Source: Verrucomicrobiia bacterium (GTDB taxonomy: Bacteria > Verrucomicrobiota > Verrucomicrobiia > Limisphaerales > SXQI01). Taken from it: a DNA stretch of 64,000 nt. The position numbers and the translations under genes were made by a program. The first letter of the stretch is position 1. The number at the start of each line of letters is the position of its first letter. The DNA lies in the NCBI GenBank assembly GCA_036383895.1, contig DASVNK010000022.1, positions 33,738 to 97,737 on the forward strand, in the 5' to 3' direction. Below, piece after piece: positions 8,731-18,426 of this stretch. The notes below the pieces were generated by a model. That model did no database searches and was not told the DNA's origin. It was given only the letters and a program-made list of their open reading frames with translations.

Positions 8731-10653
8731 TCAGCGCAAAATTCGTTTATCGCCGTCGCGGTGGGTTAATCCGGCGCGGTCGAGGTGCTCGAGGAGCGGG
8801 ATGATCACGCGGCGACTGGTACCGAGAGCCTGACGAAGTTCGCTGGCGGTTGCGGCTCTTTTTGCGTGGAGAAAGCGCTTTACTTCGTCACTCGCTTTTT
8901 GCAGTGCGGTGGAGAGGAGGACGACGTCTTCATTGAGCAGTGTTGCTTCGCCTGTTTCGAGTAAATAGCGCAGTGCCTGCTGAGTGGGGGCGTCTGGAGC
9001 GATCTCCTTTCGCGACGGTGGGTCGAACGGTTTCGTCGAAAGGGCGGAGCGGACGTTCGCGCCGGCGCTTTGCAGGGCTGGTGGAAGAGTAAGCTGATGG
9101 GATGATTGTTTGATCGAGCTCCCAACGAGAACGAAGCCTTCGCTCAGGAGTTCAGCGAGCAGGTCGTCGAAGAGATTTGCGGTCCGGATTTGTTCGGGAA
9201 GCTCGGTTTTGAGCTCGGCGACAGTGAGGCCGACGCGATTGGGATGAGCTTTGTGTTCGGCGCGGATGCGTTGTGTGGCGCGCTTCTTCGCGTCATCCCA
9301 GAACGCTGGGAACACGAGCGATGAGCCGCGTAAGAGAAGCTTTCGTTCGTCGATTAGCTTATTGAGAGCGGCGGTAATCTCTGTATCGCTGAAGCGCGAT
9401 AACGTAAAAAGCCTCTCCTTGGGCGCGATCCATCGGCGTTGCAGTTCCGTGTGGAGGAGCGTTTCCAGATCATCCGGTGCGGCGGCACGAGCGCGTAGGA
9501 ATCCAAGCTGCGCTTCAGATTTCACCTTGTCGTCCAATGGTTCAACATCGAGAACGGTCCCGCCGGCGAGCGTTGTCTGCTCCGACCAATCGCGAACAAT
9601 GAACCGATCTCCTACGAAGGCGTGGAGTTTTTCTTCGAGTCGAAGTCGCGCAATCGCGGACTCGCCTGGATTCAAATCGGATTGGTCGAGGAAAATAATG
9701 TGGCCGGCAACGTTCGTGCTTCCCAGATGGATGCGCACGCGCGCTCGGTTTTTGATCGGTCGAGAAATGCGCGTTTGGCTCCCGGGAGTGCGTCCGCTTT
9801 TTTTGAGGAGAACGCCCAGATCGCTCGTCTCGTGTTTCAAGTGCGGGAGAGTGATGACGTCGCCACGTTGAAGGGCGGGGCCTTGCACGTCGGGAATATT
9901 TAGAGCCGTGCGGGTTCCGGGCGAGCTGGCTTCGACATCGCGATTGTGGTTCTGCACGCTGCGGACTCGTCCCGTGGCGCCCGATGGTTGCACCACGATC
10001 TCGGCGCCGCGCACGAACCTACCGCCGGTCGTCGTGCCCGTCACAACACTTCCAATGCCGCGCAAGATGAATACGCGATCCACGGAGAGGCGAGGTTTGC
10101 CGAAATCGCGCGGCAAGGGCGTGGATTGTAAAGTTTGAGTCAGCGCTTGCTTTAATTCCGCGAGCCCTCGTCCGCTCACGATGGAAGTGGGCACGATCGG
10201 CGCATCCGCAAGCGATGAGTTCGCCAGTTGGTTTCGCACTTCGCGGATCGCCTGCTGTTCGTCGGTCGCGAGATCAATCTTGCTCAACGCGACCACACCT
10301 CGTGCAACGCCGAGATAATCCAGGATCTGCAGATGCTCGTCCGTTTGTGGCATCCACCCGTCATCCGCCGCTACGACCAGCAGCGCGAGATCGATCGAAC
10401 CAACCCCCGCCACCATGTTCTTCACGAAATCTTCATGGCCGGGCACATCGACGATTCCGACATGATAAGTCAGTTTTTCTCCACCCGCTTCTGCTTGCAG
10501 GTCGAGATGTGCGAATCCGAGATCAATCGTAATTCCGCGCGCTTTCTCTTCAGGCAAACGGTCTGGGTCAATGCCGGTCAGAGCTTTCACGAGAGAACTC
10601 TTGCCGTGATCGACATGCCCTGCAGTAGCCATGATGTAATTGCGCAGGTTCAT
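8731..10653 (-). CDS. selB: Selenocysteine-specific translation elongation factor SelB
   Basis: GTPase motifs [23 protein letters not shown]. Long C-terminal extension as in bacterial SelB. The track start at 10671 is a TTG overlapping selA. ATG candidates are 10653 (4 nt after the selA stop) and 10632 ([12 protein letters not shown]). Confidence 0.9.
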   Translation of the reverse strand: MNLRNYIMATAGHVDHGKSSLVKALTGIDPDRLPEEKARGITIDLGFAHLDLQAEAGGEKLTYHVGIVDVPGHEDFVKNMVAGVGSIDLALLVVAADDGWMPQTDEHLQILDYLGVARGVVALSKIDLATDEQQAIREVRNQLANSSLADAPIVPTSIVSGRGLAELKQALTQTLQSTPLPRDFGKPRLSVDRVFILRGIGSVVTGTTTGGRFVRGAEIVVQPSGATGRVRSVQNHNRDVEASSPGTRTALNIPDVQGPALQRGDVITLPHLKHETSDLGVLLKKSGRTPGSQTRISRPIKNRARVRIHLGSTNVAGHIIFLDQSDLNPGESAIARLRLEEKLHAFVGDRFIVRDWSEQTTLAGGTVLDVEPLDDKVKSEAQLGFLRARAAAPDDLETLLHTELQRRWIAPKERLFTLSRFSDTEITAALNKLIDERKLLLRGSSLVFPAFWDDAKKRATQRIRAEHKAHPNRVGLTVAELKTELPEQIRTANLFDDLLAELLSEGFVLVGSSIKQSSHQLTLPPALQSAGANVRSALSTKPFDPPSRKEIAPDAPTQQALRYLLETGEATLLNEDVVLLSTALQKASDEVKRFLHAKRAATASELRQALGTSRRVIIPLLEHLDRAGLTHRDGDKRILR

Positions 10654-10657
10654 CGCG

Positions 10658-12034
10658 TTATCGGCCGGCAAGCACCTCGCGAACCGCGGAAATCAACATT
10701 GCATCCTGCCGCGGGAAAATCGTTCGGAGATCAAGCCGATACCGATTCTCCGCGATGTAACCAATGACCGGTGTGGACGCCTCTCGCATCCGATCTGAAA
10801 ATTTCGCCAGGGCAATTCCTTTCGGGTGCAGCGTGAGAACGACCGATTCAATTGTCGACTGCGGGAGTGTTCCACCACCGACCTGTGCTTGCCCGCGCGC
10901 GACCTCGGCTTTCACAGGCAATTCAGTTAACGCCTCAACAATTTTTCTCGCGCGATCCTCCAATGCGCCTAAATCCATCGCCAACATCGTCACCGTTGGC
11001 ACTTGCTCCGCCGCGCGACCACTCAAATACAGATCCACTGTCGTTTGCAGCGCGGAAAGGATCAGCTTGTCACAACGCAACGCCCGAAAGAACGGCTCCT
11101 TCTTGAGTGCGGCGACATGCTTCGCATTCCCCGCGATGATTCCCGCCTGCGGTCCGCCGAGTAATTTGTCGCCGCTGAAACAAACCAAATCAACGCCCCG
11201 CACCAACACCTCTGCCGCTGTCGGTTCATGTTCGATCTTCGCCAATTTCTCCGTATCGAGCACCGCGCCACTTCCCAAATCTTCCACGAAAACAATTCCA
11301 TGCTCGCGAGCAAGGTTGCCCAATTCCTCCGTGCTCGCAGACTCGACAAACCCACCCATGAAGAAATTACTGCGATGCACCTTGAGAATCATTCCGGTTT
11401 TCTCGGTGAACGCGCGGCGATAATCCTCCACTCCGGTTTTGTTCGTGGCGCCCACCTCACGCAATCGCGCGCCACTTGCCTCCAAAACTTCCGGAATCCG
11501 AAACCCGCCACCGATCTGCACCAATTCGCCGCGCGAAATAATGACTTCCTTCCGCTTGCCCGAACAAAAATGGCGCAGCATCAACACCAGCGCCGCCGCA
11601 CAATTGTTCGTCACGGTCGCCGCTTCCGCACCGCAGAGCAGCGCCAAATTATTCTCGAGATACGCCGCGCGACCGCCGCGACTGCCGCTGCCTAAATCAA
11701 ATTCCAGGTTGTTGTAATTGGCTCCAATGCTCGCGAGCGTCTCTATCACCGAATCAGCCAGCGGCGATCGACCAAGGTTCGTATGAACGACAATCCCGGT
11801 TCCATTAATCACCGGCTGAATACGCGCGCGTCGAAGATTTTCAATAGCTGCGCGAATCGCACCGACCACATTGTCGAAGCTGGGAATTTCCTGCGCGGAT
11901 CGAAGCGCCACCAATTCACGTCGAATAATGGCGAGAACCGCTGGTCGCGGTAAATCCATCGCACCGAGTGCCTGCAAAACTTTTTCGACACTCGGAATTC
12001 CGCGCAACCTGGCTTGTTCTAGCTTTTCACCCAT
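10658..12034 (-). CDS. selA: L-seryl-tRNA(Sec) selenium transferase SelA
   Basis: ..LRGIPSVEKVL.., ..INGTGIVVHTNLGRSPL.., ..FSGDKLLGGPQAGIIAG.. (PLP lysine). Likely start is MGEKLEQ at 12034, overlapping the selD end by 16 nt. The 36-aa extension of the track ORF (to 12142) looks spurious. Confidence 0.9.
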   Translation of the reverse strand: MGEKLEQARLRGIPSVEKVLQALGAMDLPRPAVLAIIRRELVALRSAQEIPSFDNVVGAIRAAIENLRRARIQPVINGTGIVVHTNLGRSPLADSVIETLASIGANYNNLEFDLGSGSRGGRAAYLENNLALLCGAEAATVTNNCAAALVLMLRHFCSGKRKEVIISRGELVQIGGGFRIPEVLEASGARLREVGATNKTGVEDYRRAFTEKTGMILKVHRSNFFMGGFVESASTEELGNLAREHGIVFVEDLGSGAVLDTEKLAKIEHEPTAAEVLVRGVDLVCFSGDKLLGGPQAGIIAGNAKHVAALKKEPFFRALRCDKLILSALQTTVDLYLSGRAAEQVPTVTMLAMDLGALEDRARKIVEALTELPVKAEVARGQAQVGGGTLPQSTIESVVLTLHPKGIALAKFSDRMREASTPVIGYIAENRYRLDLRTIFPRQDAMLISAVREVLAGR

Positions 12035-13071
12035 ATCTTCACGGCCTTCGCACGAACAATTCGTCCAATAACTTCTGCGCAGGGCGTGCGTAATTTCTTC
12101 AAAATCTTCAGCACCGCACTCAAATTTCCTTCTGGAACGCACAGCAACATTCCGCCGCTCGTTTGCGCATCCGCAGCGATGAAGCGAATTGACTCATCCG
12201 CGCCAGCGAACTCTGTAAACTCTTCCGCGGCTTTCAAATTCTCCCGCGTTCCACCAGGGATGCACTCCTCCTCGATCAACCGTTTCACCTGGGGATCAAT
12301 AAACGGCAGTTTGGTTCCGGCGATCTCCGCTCCCACCTCACTGGCGCGGCACATCGAGCCGAGATGACCGAGCAATCCAAAGCCAGTCACATCCGTGCCC
12401 GCGCGCACCAGGCCCGCTTCCGCAACTTCCGCGCCCGCGATATTCAATGCGCGCATCACATCCACTGCGTTCTGGATCAACCGCCGCGACCCGATTCTGC
12501 GCTTCAACGCCGTCGTGACGATGCCTGTCCCCAGCGGCTTCGTTAACACGAGCAAGTCGCCAGCACGCGCGTTCGCGTTTGTAATCATACGCTTCGGATT
12601 CACCATTCCCGTGACCGATAGACCGTAAAACGGTTCTGGATTCTTAATGGTGTGCCCACCGGCCAAAACGCATTTTGCTTCAGCAATTTTTTCCGCGCCG
12701 CCGCGCAAAATTGTATTCACCACGGCGAGTGGGACGAGATCCGTCGGCACGCCCATCACGTTCATGGCGGTCAATGGTCGACCACCCATTGCATAAACAT
12801 CCGAAAGCGAATTCGCCGCCGCGATCTGTCCGTATAAATACGGATTATCAACGATCGGTGTGAAGAAATCGACCGTTTGCACGAGGGCGCGATCTGGACT
12901 GAGGCGATAAATCGCGGCGTCATCCGCAGTCGCAGCACCCACCAGCAAATTCGCGTCTTTAAATTGTGGGAGCTGATGCAAGACCTGCACCAGCGCCGTT
13001 TGGCTGAGCTTGGAGGCTCAACCGGCGCAGGATGAGAGGGACGTCAGCGCAATTCTCTTTGCTCGTGCCAT
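12019..13071 (-). CDS. selD: Selenide, water dikinase SelD, Sec-containing form (UGA at codon 18)
   Basis: The track ORF starts at a GTG (12990). The same frame continues upstream to ATG 13071: MARAKRIALTSLSSCAG-TGA-ASKLSQTALVQVL... TGA (plus tca 13018..13020) aligns with the catalytic Cys/Sec of the SelD GxG(C/U)xxK loop. The rest is typical SelD (..NLLVGAATADDAAIYRL.., ..GGHTIKNPEPFYGLSVTG..). Confidence 0.9.
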
Positions 13072-13104
13072 AACCTTCACACCTCCTTTCGGTAAAAATG
13101 AGTT

Positions 13105-13201
13105 TGGCGGAGAGGGAGCGAATCGAACACTCCTCGATTTGCAAAACAAACCGACAACGGTTTTGAAGACCGCGAGGGCCACCAGGCACCCATCACTCTC
13201 C
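13105..13201 (-). tRNA. selC: tRNA-Sec (anticodon UCA)
   Basis: 97 nt: GGAGAGTGATGGGTGCCTGGTGGCCCTCGCGGTCTTCAAAACCGTTGTCGGTTTGTTTTGCAAATCGAGGAGTGTTCGATTCGCTCCCTCTCCGCCA. Anticodon loop CUUCAAA. Long variable arm (CGGUUUG-UUUU-CAAAUCG). T-loop UUCGAUU. Extended acceptor stem and encoded CCA. Lies 33 nt upstream of selD. Confidence 0.9.
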
Positions 13202-13236
13202 GGAAAGAAAGAAAACGAAAATATGAAGACCGAACC

Positions 13237-13473
13237 TCATCGAAGATCGCGCACTTGGCGGACGAGCGCGTCGGGATCGGGAAACTCTCCCGTGGCGATC
13301 TTCGAGTAAATCTTTTGTCCATTAACGATGACTTCAAACACCCCGCCGCTCGAAGGAATCAACTTCAGCGCAGCGACGCGATGCTTCAGTTTGAGCAACT
13401 TATCCGCCAGACCGACGGCATGCGGCTCATAGTTTCAAGCCGCGCAATACTCAATTGAAATTTCTAAAGCCAT
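13237..13473 (-). CDS. SelW/Rdx-family selenoprotein (CxxU redox motif), 78 aa
   Basis: Hand translation gives MALEISIEYCAA-TGA-NYEPHAVGLADKLLKLKHRVAALKLIPSSGGVFEVIVNGQKIYSKIATGEFPDPDALVRQVRDLR*. TGA is at plus 13435..13437. IEYCxxU plus ..LIPSSGGVFEV.VNG..IYSK..TG.FPD.. is the bacterial SelW-like/Rdx signature. Absent from the ORF track. Confidence 0.85.
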
Positions 13474-13682
13474 GCTAAAACCATGTTGTGGGACCCGCTC
13501 ATCCCCGTCAAGCGGTGCGAAATCCGGCCGGTGCAATCAATAAGCGGAGTATCACCGAACCCCTTTTCAAGTCTGTGCATTGAGAAAAAGATTAACCACT
13601 GGGTTTTACATCACGAGCCCCACGGCGGCCGTTAAATTAAAGAAGATGCGAAGCACGATGTTTTCGGGATCGCGGCCGACCG

Positions 13683-14780
13683 CTAAGGAAAGCGGCAATT
13701 GAGGACGAGATCGCTGCCGTTCACGGAGAGGTTGGTGATTTCCATTGGTGCGGTGGCGCGGATGCGGAAGAATCGATGTTGGTGCGGGTTTGGGGTGCGG
13801 AAGAGATTGTTCACCGAATCAAAGGTGGCGGAGGTGTCGGTGGTGAAGGTGCCGTTAACCGCGGTGGAGTATTCGAGAATGGGAGCGGGTGAAGGGACGC
13901 CGGGGTCGCCGATGATGCTGCGGATCCATTCGGCGCGGACGGAGATGCGCGACAGGTAGAATCCGCCGGCCTGGGCGGTGGGGAGGTCGGGGGTGTAGGT
14001 CCAGCGGTTCTCGCCGCCTTTGTAGAGGCCGCCCTGGTCGAAGATAGCCGCTTGAAATCCGGGACCGGTGGGCGCGGTGTTATAAGGACCATCGACCGCG
14101 TAGTTGATCCCGGCGAGTTTCCAATGGTCGCCGTCTTTAATGAAAGCAGCGCCGCTGCTATCGCCGTACACGAGGGCACATTCGTTTGCGCCGCCATTGG
14201 CATCGAAGGTGGCGCGCAGGACGGTACCTCCAGCGAGTGTGGCGGCCACGATGTTGCCGTTTGCATCGAGGACTTCTTCGAATTTGTTTTCGCCCCAGCG
14301 GAGAATGCCATCGTGAGTCCCCCACCCCCAGCCTTTGGTGACCGGGTTGAGGGTGCCGACCTGGATGGGAGCGCCGCGTTGAACGCCGCGGCCGATGACA
14401 ACGAAGTTTTGACCGACTTCGGTGGTGTTGGTGTAGAGCTGGGCCCAATCGGTGAAGGGCGGAGTGACTTCCCAGATGGTGAGGTCGGTGCCGGTGTCGG
14501 AAAATTTGGCAACGGTGGTGTGAGTGCGGCCGTTGAGCAGAAATGGATGGCCGACGTCGCCACCGACGTGGGTTGCGGCGATGAAATGGCGCGAGCTGAT
14601 GGCGGTGCCGAGGAAACCGCCCCAGTGGCCTTGCCATTGCCAACCGCTGCCGGCGAGTTGACCGGCGGGTGCGTTGGTGTTGTGGGCGGGATCGCCGGTG
14701 GAATAGAAAATGACGGCGCGCGACGGTGCGACGTACGCGAGCAGCAGACAAAGAAAGATGAGTCTTTGACTTAGGCGCAT
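13683..14780 (-). CDS. Secreted trypsin-like (chymotrypsin-fold) serine peptidase domain protein
   Basis: Signal peptide MRLSQRLIFLCLLLAYVAPSRA. Candidate triad His (FIAATHVGG), Asp (GTDLTIWEV), Ser (VYGDSSGAAF) in the expected order. Confidence 0.65.
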   Translation of the reverse strand: MRLSQRLIFLCLLLAYVAPSRAVIFYSTGDPAHNTNAPAGQLAGSGWQWQGHWGGFLGTAISSRHFIAATHVGGDVGHPFLLNGRTHTTVAKFSDTGTDLTIWEVTPPFTDWAQLYTNTTEVGQNFVVIGRGVQRGAPIQVGTLNPVTKGWGWGTHDGILRWGENKFEEVLDANGNIVAATLAGGTVLRATFDANGGANECALVYGDSSGAAFIKDGDHWKLAGINYAVDGPYNTAPTGPGFQAAIFDQGGLYKGGENRWTYTPDLPTAQAGGFYLSRISVRAEWIRSIIGDPGVPSPAPILEYSTAVNGTFTTDTSATFDSVNNLFRTPNPHQHRFFRIRATAPMEITNLSVNGSDLVLNCRFP

Positions 14781-15037
14781 ATCCTTTGAGAGCGATCAGC
14801 GAAAAATGCGAACCACTCTAACTTAAAAATCGGAAGTTTCTACTGATGAATTGAGCCAAGGCGGGGAGATTGGCGCGGGAAAATAAACGAAGAGGGAGAG
14901 TAGCACAGAGAATACCGAGGAAGATGCACAGAGGACACAGAGTAACCTTTCTTTAGTTTAGAGCACTGGAGCCGGACTTTGGCGCGATTGGCACATAGAC
15001 TTGAAGTTAGGGCGCGGGGATTTTAGTTTAGGGGCCG

Positions 15038-18000
15038 ATGTTATCCGTGAGAGTGGCCCTTGTGCGGGGCTTTTTGTTTTTGTTGGCGGGTGGATTTTGC
15101 ACGTTCGCTGGTGAATTGCTGACGCCGAGTTCGTTTTCGCCGCCGAAAGTGGCGGAAGCTTCGAACGAGGGCGAGCTGACGATGAAGCGCTTCGAGCTGC
15201 CGGCAGGTTTCAAGGTGGAATTGATCGCGGCGGAACCGCACCTGGCGAATCCGGTGGCGTTCGATATTGATCACCAGGGGCGATTCTGGGTGTCGGAGAC
15301 GTTTCGGTTGCATGCCGGGGTGACCGATATTCGCGGGAAAAATTCGTGGCTGGATGAGGATTTGGCGTCGCGCACTGTCGAAGATCGCATCTCGATGATG
15401 AAGCGGCACGAGGGAGAGAATTTCGCGAAGTATGAACTGAATTCGGATCGGCTGAAACTTCTGCTGGATACGAATGGCGATGGGAAGGTGGATAAGAGCA
15501 CGGTGTTTGCGGATGGGTTTAACACGGCGGCTGATGGGATTGCGTCCGGAGTGCTGGCGCGTGATGGGAAGGTGTGGTTCGCGAATATTCCGAATTTGTG
15601 GTCGTTCACGGACAGCAATGGCGACGGCGTGGCGGAAGAGCGGAAGTCGTTACACTATGGGTTTGGGGTGCGCGTTGGATTTTTGGGGCACGACTTGCAT
15701 GGGTTGATCATGGGGCCGGATGGGAAGTTGTATTTCACGATTGGGGATCGCGGTTCGAACATCAAGGTGGACGGCAAGACGGTGGGGAATCCGGATACGG
15801 GATGTGTGTTTCGGTGTAATCCGGACGGGAGCGAGCTGGAAGTGTTTGCGTATGGGTTGCGGAATCCGCAGGAACTGGCGTTTGATCAGTATGGGAATTT
15901 GTTTACCGGCGATAACAATTCGGACGGCGGCGATCGCGCGCGGATTGTGCATTTGGTGGAGGGCGCGGACAGCGGTTGGAGGATTGGCTGGCAGTTTTTG
16001 GAGCGGCCGAATGCGCGCGGGGCGTGGAATTCGGAGAAGATGTGGCATCCGCAAAACGACGAGCAGCCGGCTTACATCATTCCGCCGATCACCAATTTGA
16101 CGGATGGGCCCTCGGGTTTTGCGTTCAATCCGGGAACGGGGTTGCCGGAGAAGTATCGAAACAATTTCTTCCTGGTGGATTTTCACGGCGGAAAAGGGAG
16201 CGGTGTTTATGCGTTCACGCTGAAGCCGAAGGGCGCGGGTTTCACGATGGCCGCGGCGGAGAAGTTTGTGTGGGAAACGTTGCCGACGGATGTGGCGTTT
16301 GGATTGGATGGCGGGCTTTATGTGCTGGATTGGGTGCAGGGTTGGGGGATGACGGGCAAGGGACGGATTTATCGCGTGTTCCACAGCGAGACGGATCAGC
16401 AGAAAATTGTCGCGGAGACGAAGAAGTTGCTGAGCGAAGGAGTGAAGGAACGGTCGAATCGCGAATTGGAACGATTGCTTGCGCATGTGGATATGCGGGT
16501 GCGGCAGGAGGCGCAGTTCGAATTGGTGAAACGCGGCGCGAAAGGCGCGAACGTTTTGGCGGCTGCGGCGCGGAAGAGTGATTCGCAGTTGGCGCGGATT
16601 CACGCGATTTGGGGGCTGACGCAATTGGCGCGCGGCGCGGTGGGCGAGGAACGAGATGAATTGGTGAAGCAGATTATCGGGCTAGCCAAGGACAAGGATG
16701 CGGAAGTTCGCGCGCAGGTGGCGAAGGCGATTGGCGATGCGAAGATCAGCGGAGCGGTGGCGCAAGTGAAGGCGTTGTTGGTGGATGACTCGGCGCGAGT
16801 GCGCATGTTCGCCGCGATTTCGGCGGGCAAGTTAGGGAACAAGGCATTTGCTCCGGAAGTGTTCAAACTGCTCGCGGAGAATGCGGATCGCGATCCGCAG
16901 TTGCGTCATGCAGGTGCGTTCGCGCTGGCGGGCATTAACGAGATGGAGGTGATCCGCGCGGCGGCGGAGAACACTTCGGATGCGGTGCGGATGGGCGCGT
17001 TGCTGGCGTTGCGCCGCATGGAACGCACGGATGTGGCATTTTTCCTGAAGGATAAGAATTCGAAGATCGCGCTGGAGGCGGCGCGGGCGATAAATGATTT
17101 GCCAATTAGCGGTGCGATGCGGGAGTTGGCGGCGGTGGCGGAGAGTTCGAATTTAGGGAGCTTGAGTGTGCCGATGCAGCGGCGGGTGTTGAACGCGAAT
17201 TACCGTTACGGCACGAAAGAGACTGCGAAGGTGTTGGCGGCAATTGCGACGAACGAACAGTTTTCGGAGGAAATTCGGGCTGATGCGTTGCGCGATTTAG
17301 GGGAGTGGGAACGTCCTTCGGGACGCGATCGCATTACCGGGATGTGGCGGCCAGTGGTAGGACCGAGAAGCGCCGAGCACGCGATCGAGGCGATCGAACC
17401 ACAGATCGTGAAGCTGATTTCGAGTGAATCGCAAAACGTGCGAATTGCTGCTGCGAATGCGGCCGGAGCACTGAAGATTGGAGCCGCCGGAGACGCATTG
17501 CTGGCCGCGGTGAAGAGTGATGCGCCGTCGCGCGCGCGGGTTGAGGCACTACGCGCATTGGGCGCGATGAACGACGAGCGTTTGGCCGATGCGGTGCAGG
17601 CCGCGAGCAATGACCAGAGTGAACAAATGCGGCGCGAGGCGTTGAAGTTTCAGTCATTGCTGAAACCGGCGGGTGCGCTGGAGCAAATCGACCGCGCATT
17701 GCAGGGCGGGAGTTTGGGAGAGAAGCAATCGGCACTGAGCACGCTCGGGAGCATGAAAGATCCGCAAGCGGAGAAGGTGCTGGCCGCGTGGATGGATCGG
17801 CTGAACAAGGGCGAGGTGCCGGCGGAACTTCACGTGGATGTGCTGGAGGCGGCGTCGAAGAAAGAAACGTTGGACGGCCAAGTGCAGGAATACAACGCCA
17901 GGCTCTCAAAAGACATTGAGCTGGGGCGTTTCCGATCGGCGCTGACAGGCGGGAGTCTTGAAGAAGGAAAACGCGTCTTTTTCGAACGCGCCGAGGCCGG

Positions 18001-18376
18001 TTGCGTCCGTTGTCACAAGATCCAGGGTCAGGGAAGCGAAGGCGGCCTGGTCGGGCCTGAGTTGACGAAGATCGGCGCGCAGAAAGACCGGAAGTATCTA
18101 TTGGAATCGTTGGTTTATCCAAATCGACACATCGCGGAGGGGTTCCAGAGCGAACTTGTCGTCATGAAGGATGGGAGTTCGGTGGCGGGAGTAGTGCGGG
18201 GCGAAACGGACACTGAATTGCAGGTTGAATCGGCGGAAGATGGCTCGGTGAAGGTGAAAAAGAGTGAGATCGCGCGGCGCGAAAAGACAGTTTCGGCCAT
18301 GCCGGAGGGGTTAGGAGGATTGCTGGGCATGCGTGATTTGCGCGACTTGGTGGAATATCTTTCATCGTTGAAGTGA
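15038..18376 (+). CDS. PVC-type membrane-bound dehydrogenase-like / HEAT-repeat / c-type heme-binding protein
   Basis: 1112 aa. N-terminal propeller-like region (..GPDGKLYFTIGDRG.., ..GLRNPQELAFD..). Central repeated HEAT-like units (..D..VR..AA.ALG..). C-terminal CxxCH (GCVRCHKIQG). Confidence 0.8.
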   Translation: MLSVRVALVRGFLFLLAGGFCTFAGELLTPSSFSPPKVAEASNEGELTMKRFELPAGFKVELIAAEPHLANPVAFDIDHQGRFWVSETFRLHAGVTDIRGKNSWLDEDLASRTVEDRISMMKRHEGENFAKYELNSDRLKLLLDTNGDGKVDKSTVFADGFNTAADGIASGVLARDGKVWFANIPNLWSFTDSNGDGVAEERKSLHYGFGVRVGFLGHDLHGLIMGPDGKLYFTIGDRGSNIKVDGKTVGNPDTGCVFRCNPDGSELEVFAYGLRNPQELAFDQYGNLFTGDNNSDGGDRARIVHLVEGADSGWRIGWQFLERPNARGAWNSEKMWHPQNDEQPAYIIPPITNLTDGPSGFAFNPGTGLPEKYRNNFFLVDFHGGKGSGVYAFTLKPKGAGFTMAAAEKFVWETLPTDVAFGLDGGLYVLDWVQGWGMTGKGRIYRVFHSETDQQKIVAETKKLLSEGVKERSNRELERLLAHVDMRVRQEAQFELVKRGAKGANVLAAAARKSDSQLARIHAIWGLTQLARGAVGEERDELVKQIIGLAKDKDAEVRAQVAKAIGDAKISGAVAQVKALLVDDSARVRMFAAISAGKLGNKAFAPEVFKLLAENADRDPQLRHAGAFALAGINEMEVIRAAAENTSDAVRMGALLALRRMERTDVAFFLKDKNSKIALEAARAINDLPISGAMRELAAVAESSNLGSLSVPMQRRVLNANYRYGTKETAKVLAAIATNEQFSEEIRADALRDLGEWERPSGRDRITGMWRPVVGPRSAEHAIEAIEPQIVKLISSESQNVRIAAANAAGALKIGAAGDALLAAVKSDAPSRARVEALRALGAMNDERLADAVQAASNDQSEQMRREALKFQSLLKPAGALEQIDRALQGGSLGEKQSALSTLGSMKDPQAEKVLAAWMDRLNKGEVPAELHVDVLEAASKKETLDGQVQEYNARLSKDIELGRFRSALTGGSLEEGKRVFFERAEAGCVRCHKIQGQGSEGGLVGPELTKIGAQKDRKYLLESLVYPNRHIAEGFQSELVVMKDGSSVAGVVRGETDTELQVESAEDGSVKVKKSEIARREKTVSAMPEGLGGLLGMRDLRDLVEYLSSLK

Positions 18377-18426
18377 GCTTGTGTCTCGCGGGCGCGGCCG
18401 CTAGAATGCGGGGAATTGATCGCTAA

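Noticed and set aside
10658-12142. Full 494-aa SelA ORF starting at 12142
   Set aside because: The first 36 codons (MRSRRKFECGAEDFEE...) lie entirely inside the selD coding region and do not resemble SelA. The conserved ..LRGIPSVEKVL.. N-terminus follows Met37 (12034).
12019-12990. The track's 323-aa SelD model, starting at GTG 12990
   Set aside because: It begins inside the conserved N-terminal region. The same frame extends through one TGA to ATG 13071 and restores the catalytic GxG(C/U) loop, so the longer Sec-containing model is preferred.
15650-16624. 324-aa Arg/Pro-rich minus-strand ORF inside the 1112-aa gene (and the similar 17334..18122)
   Set aside because: Its composition is typical of an antisense frame of GC-rich coding DNA. 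The plus strand carries recognisable propeller/HEAT/CxxCH domains.
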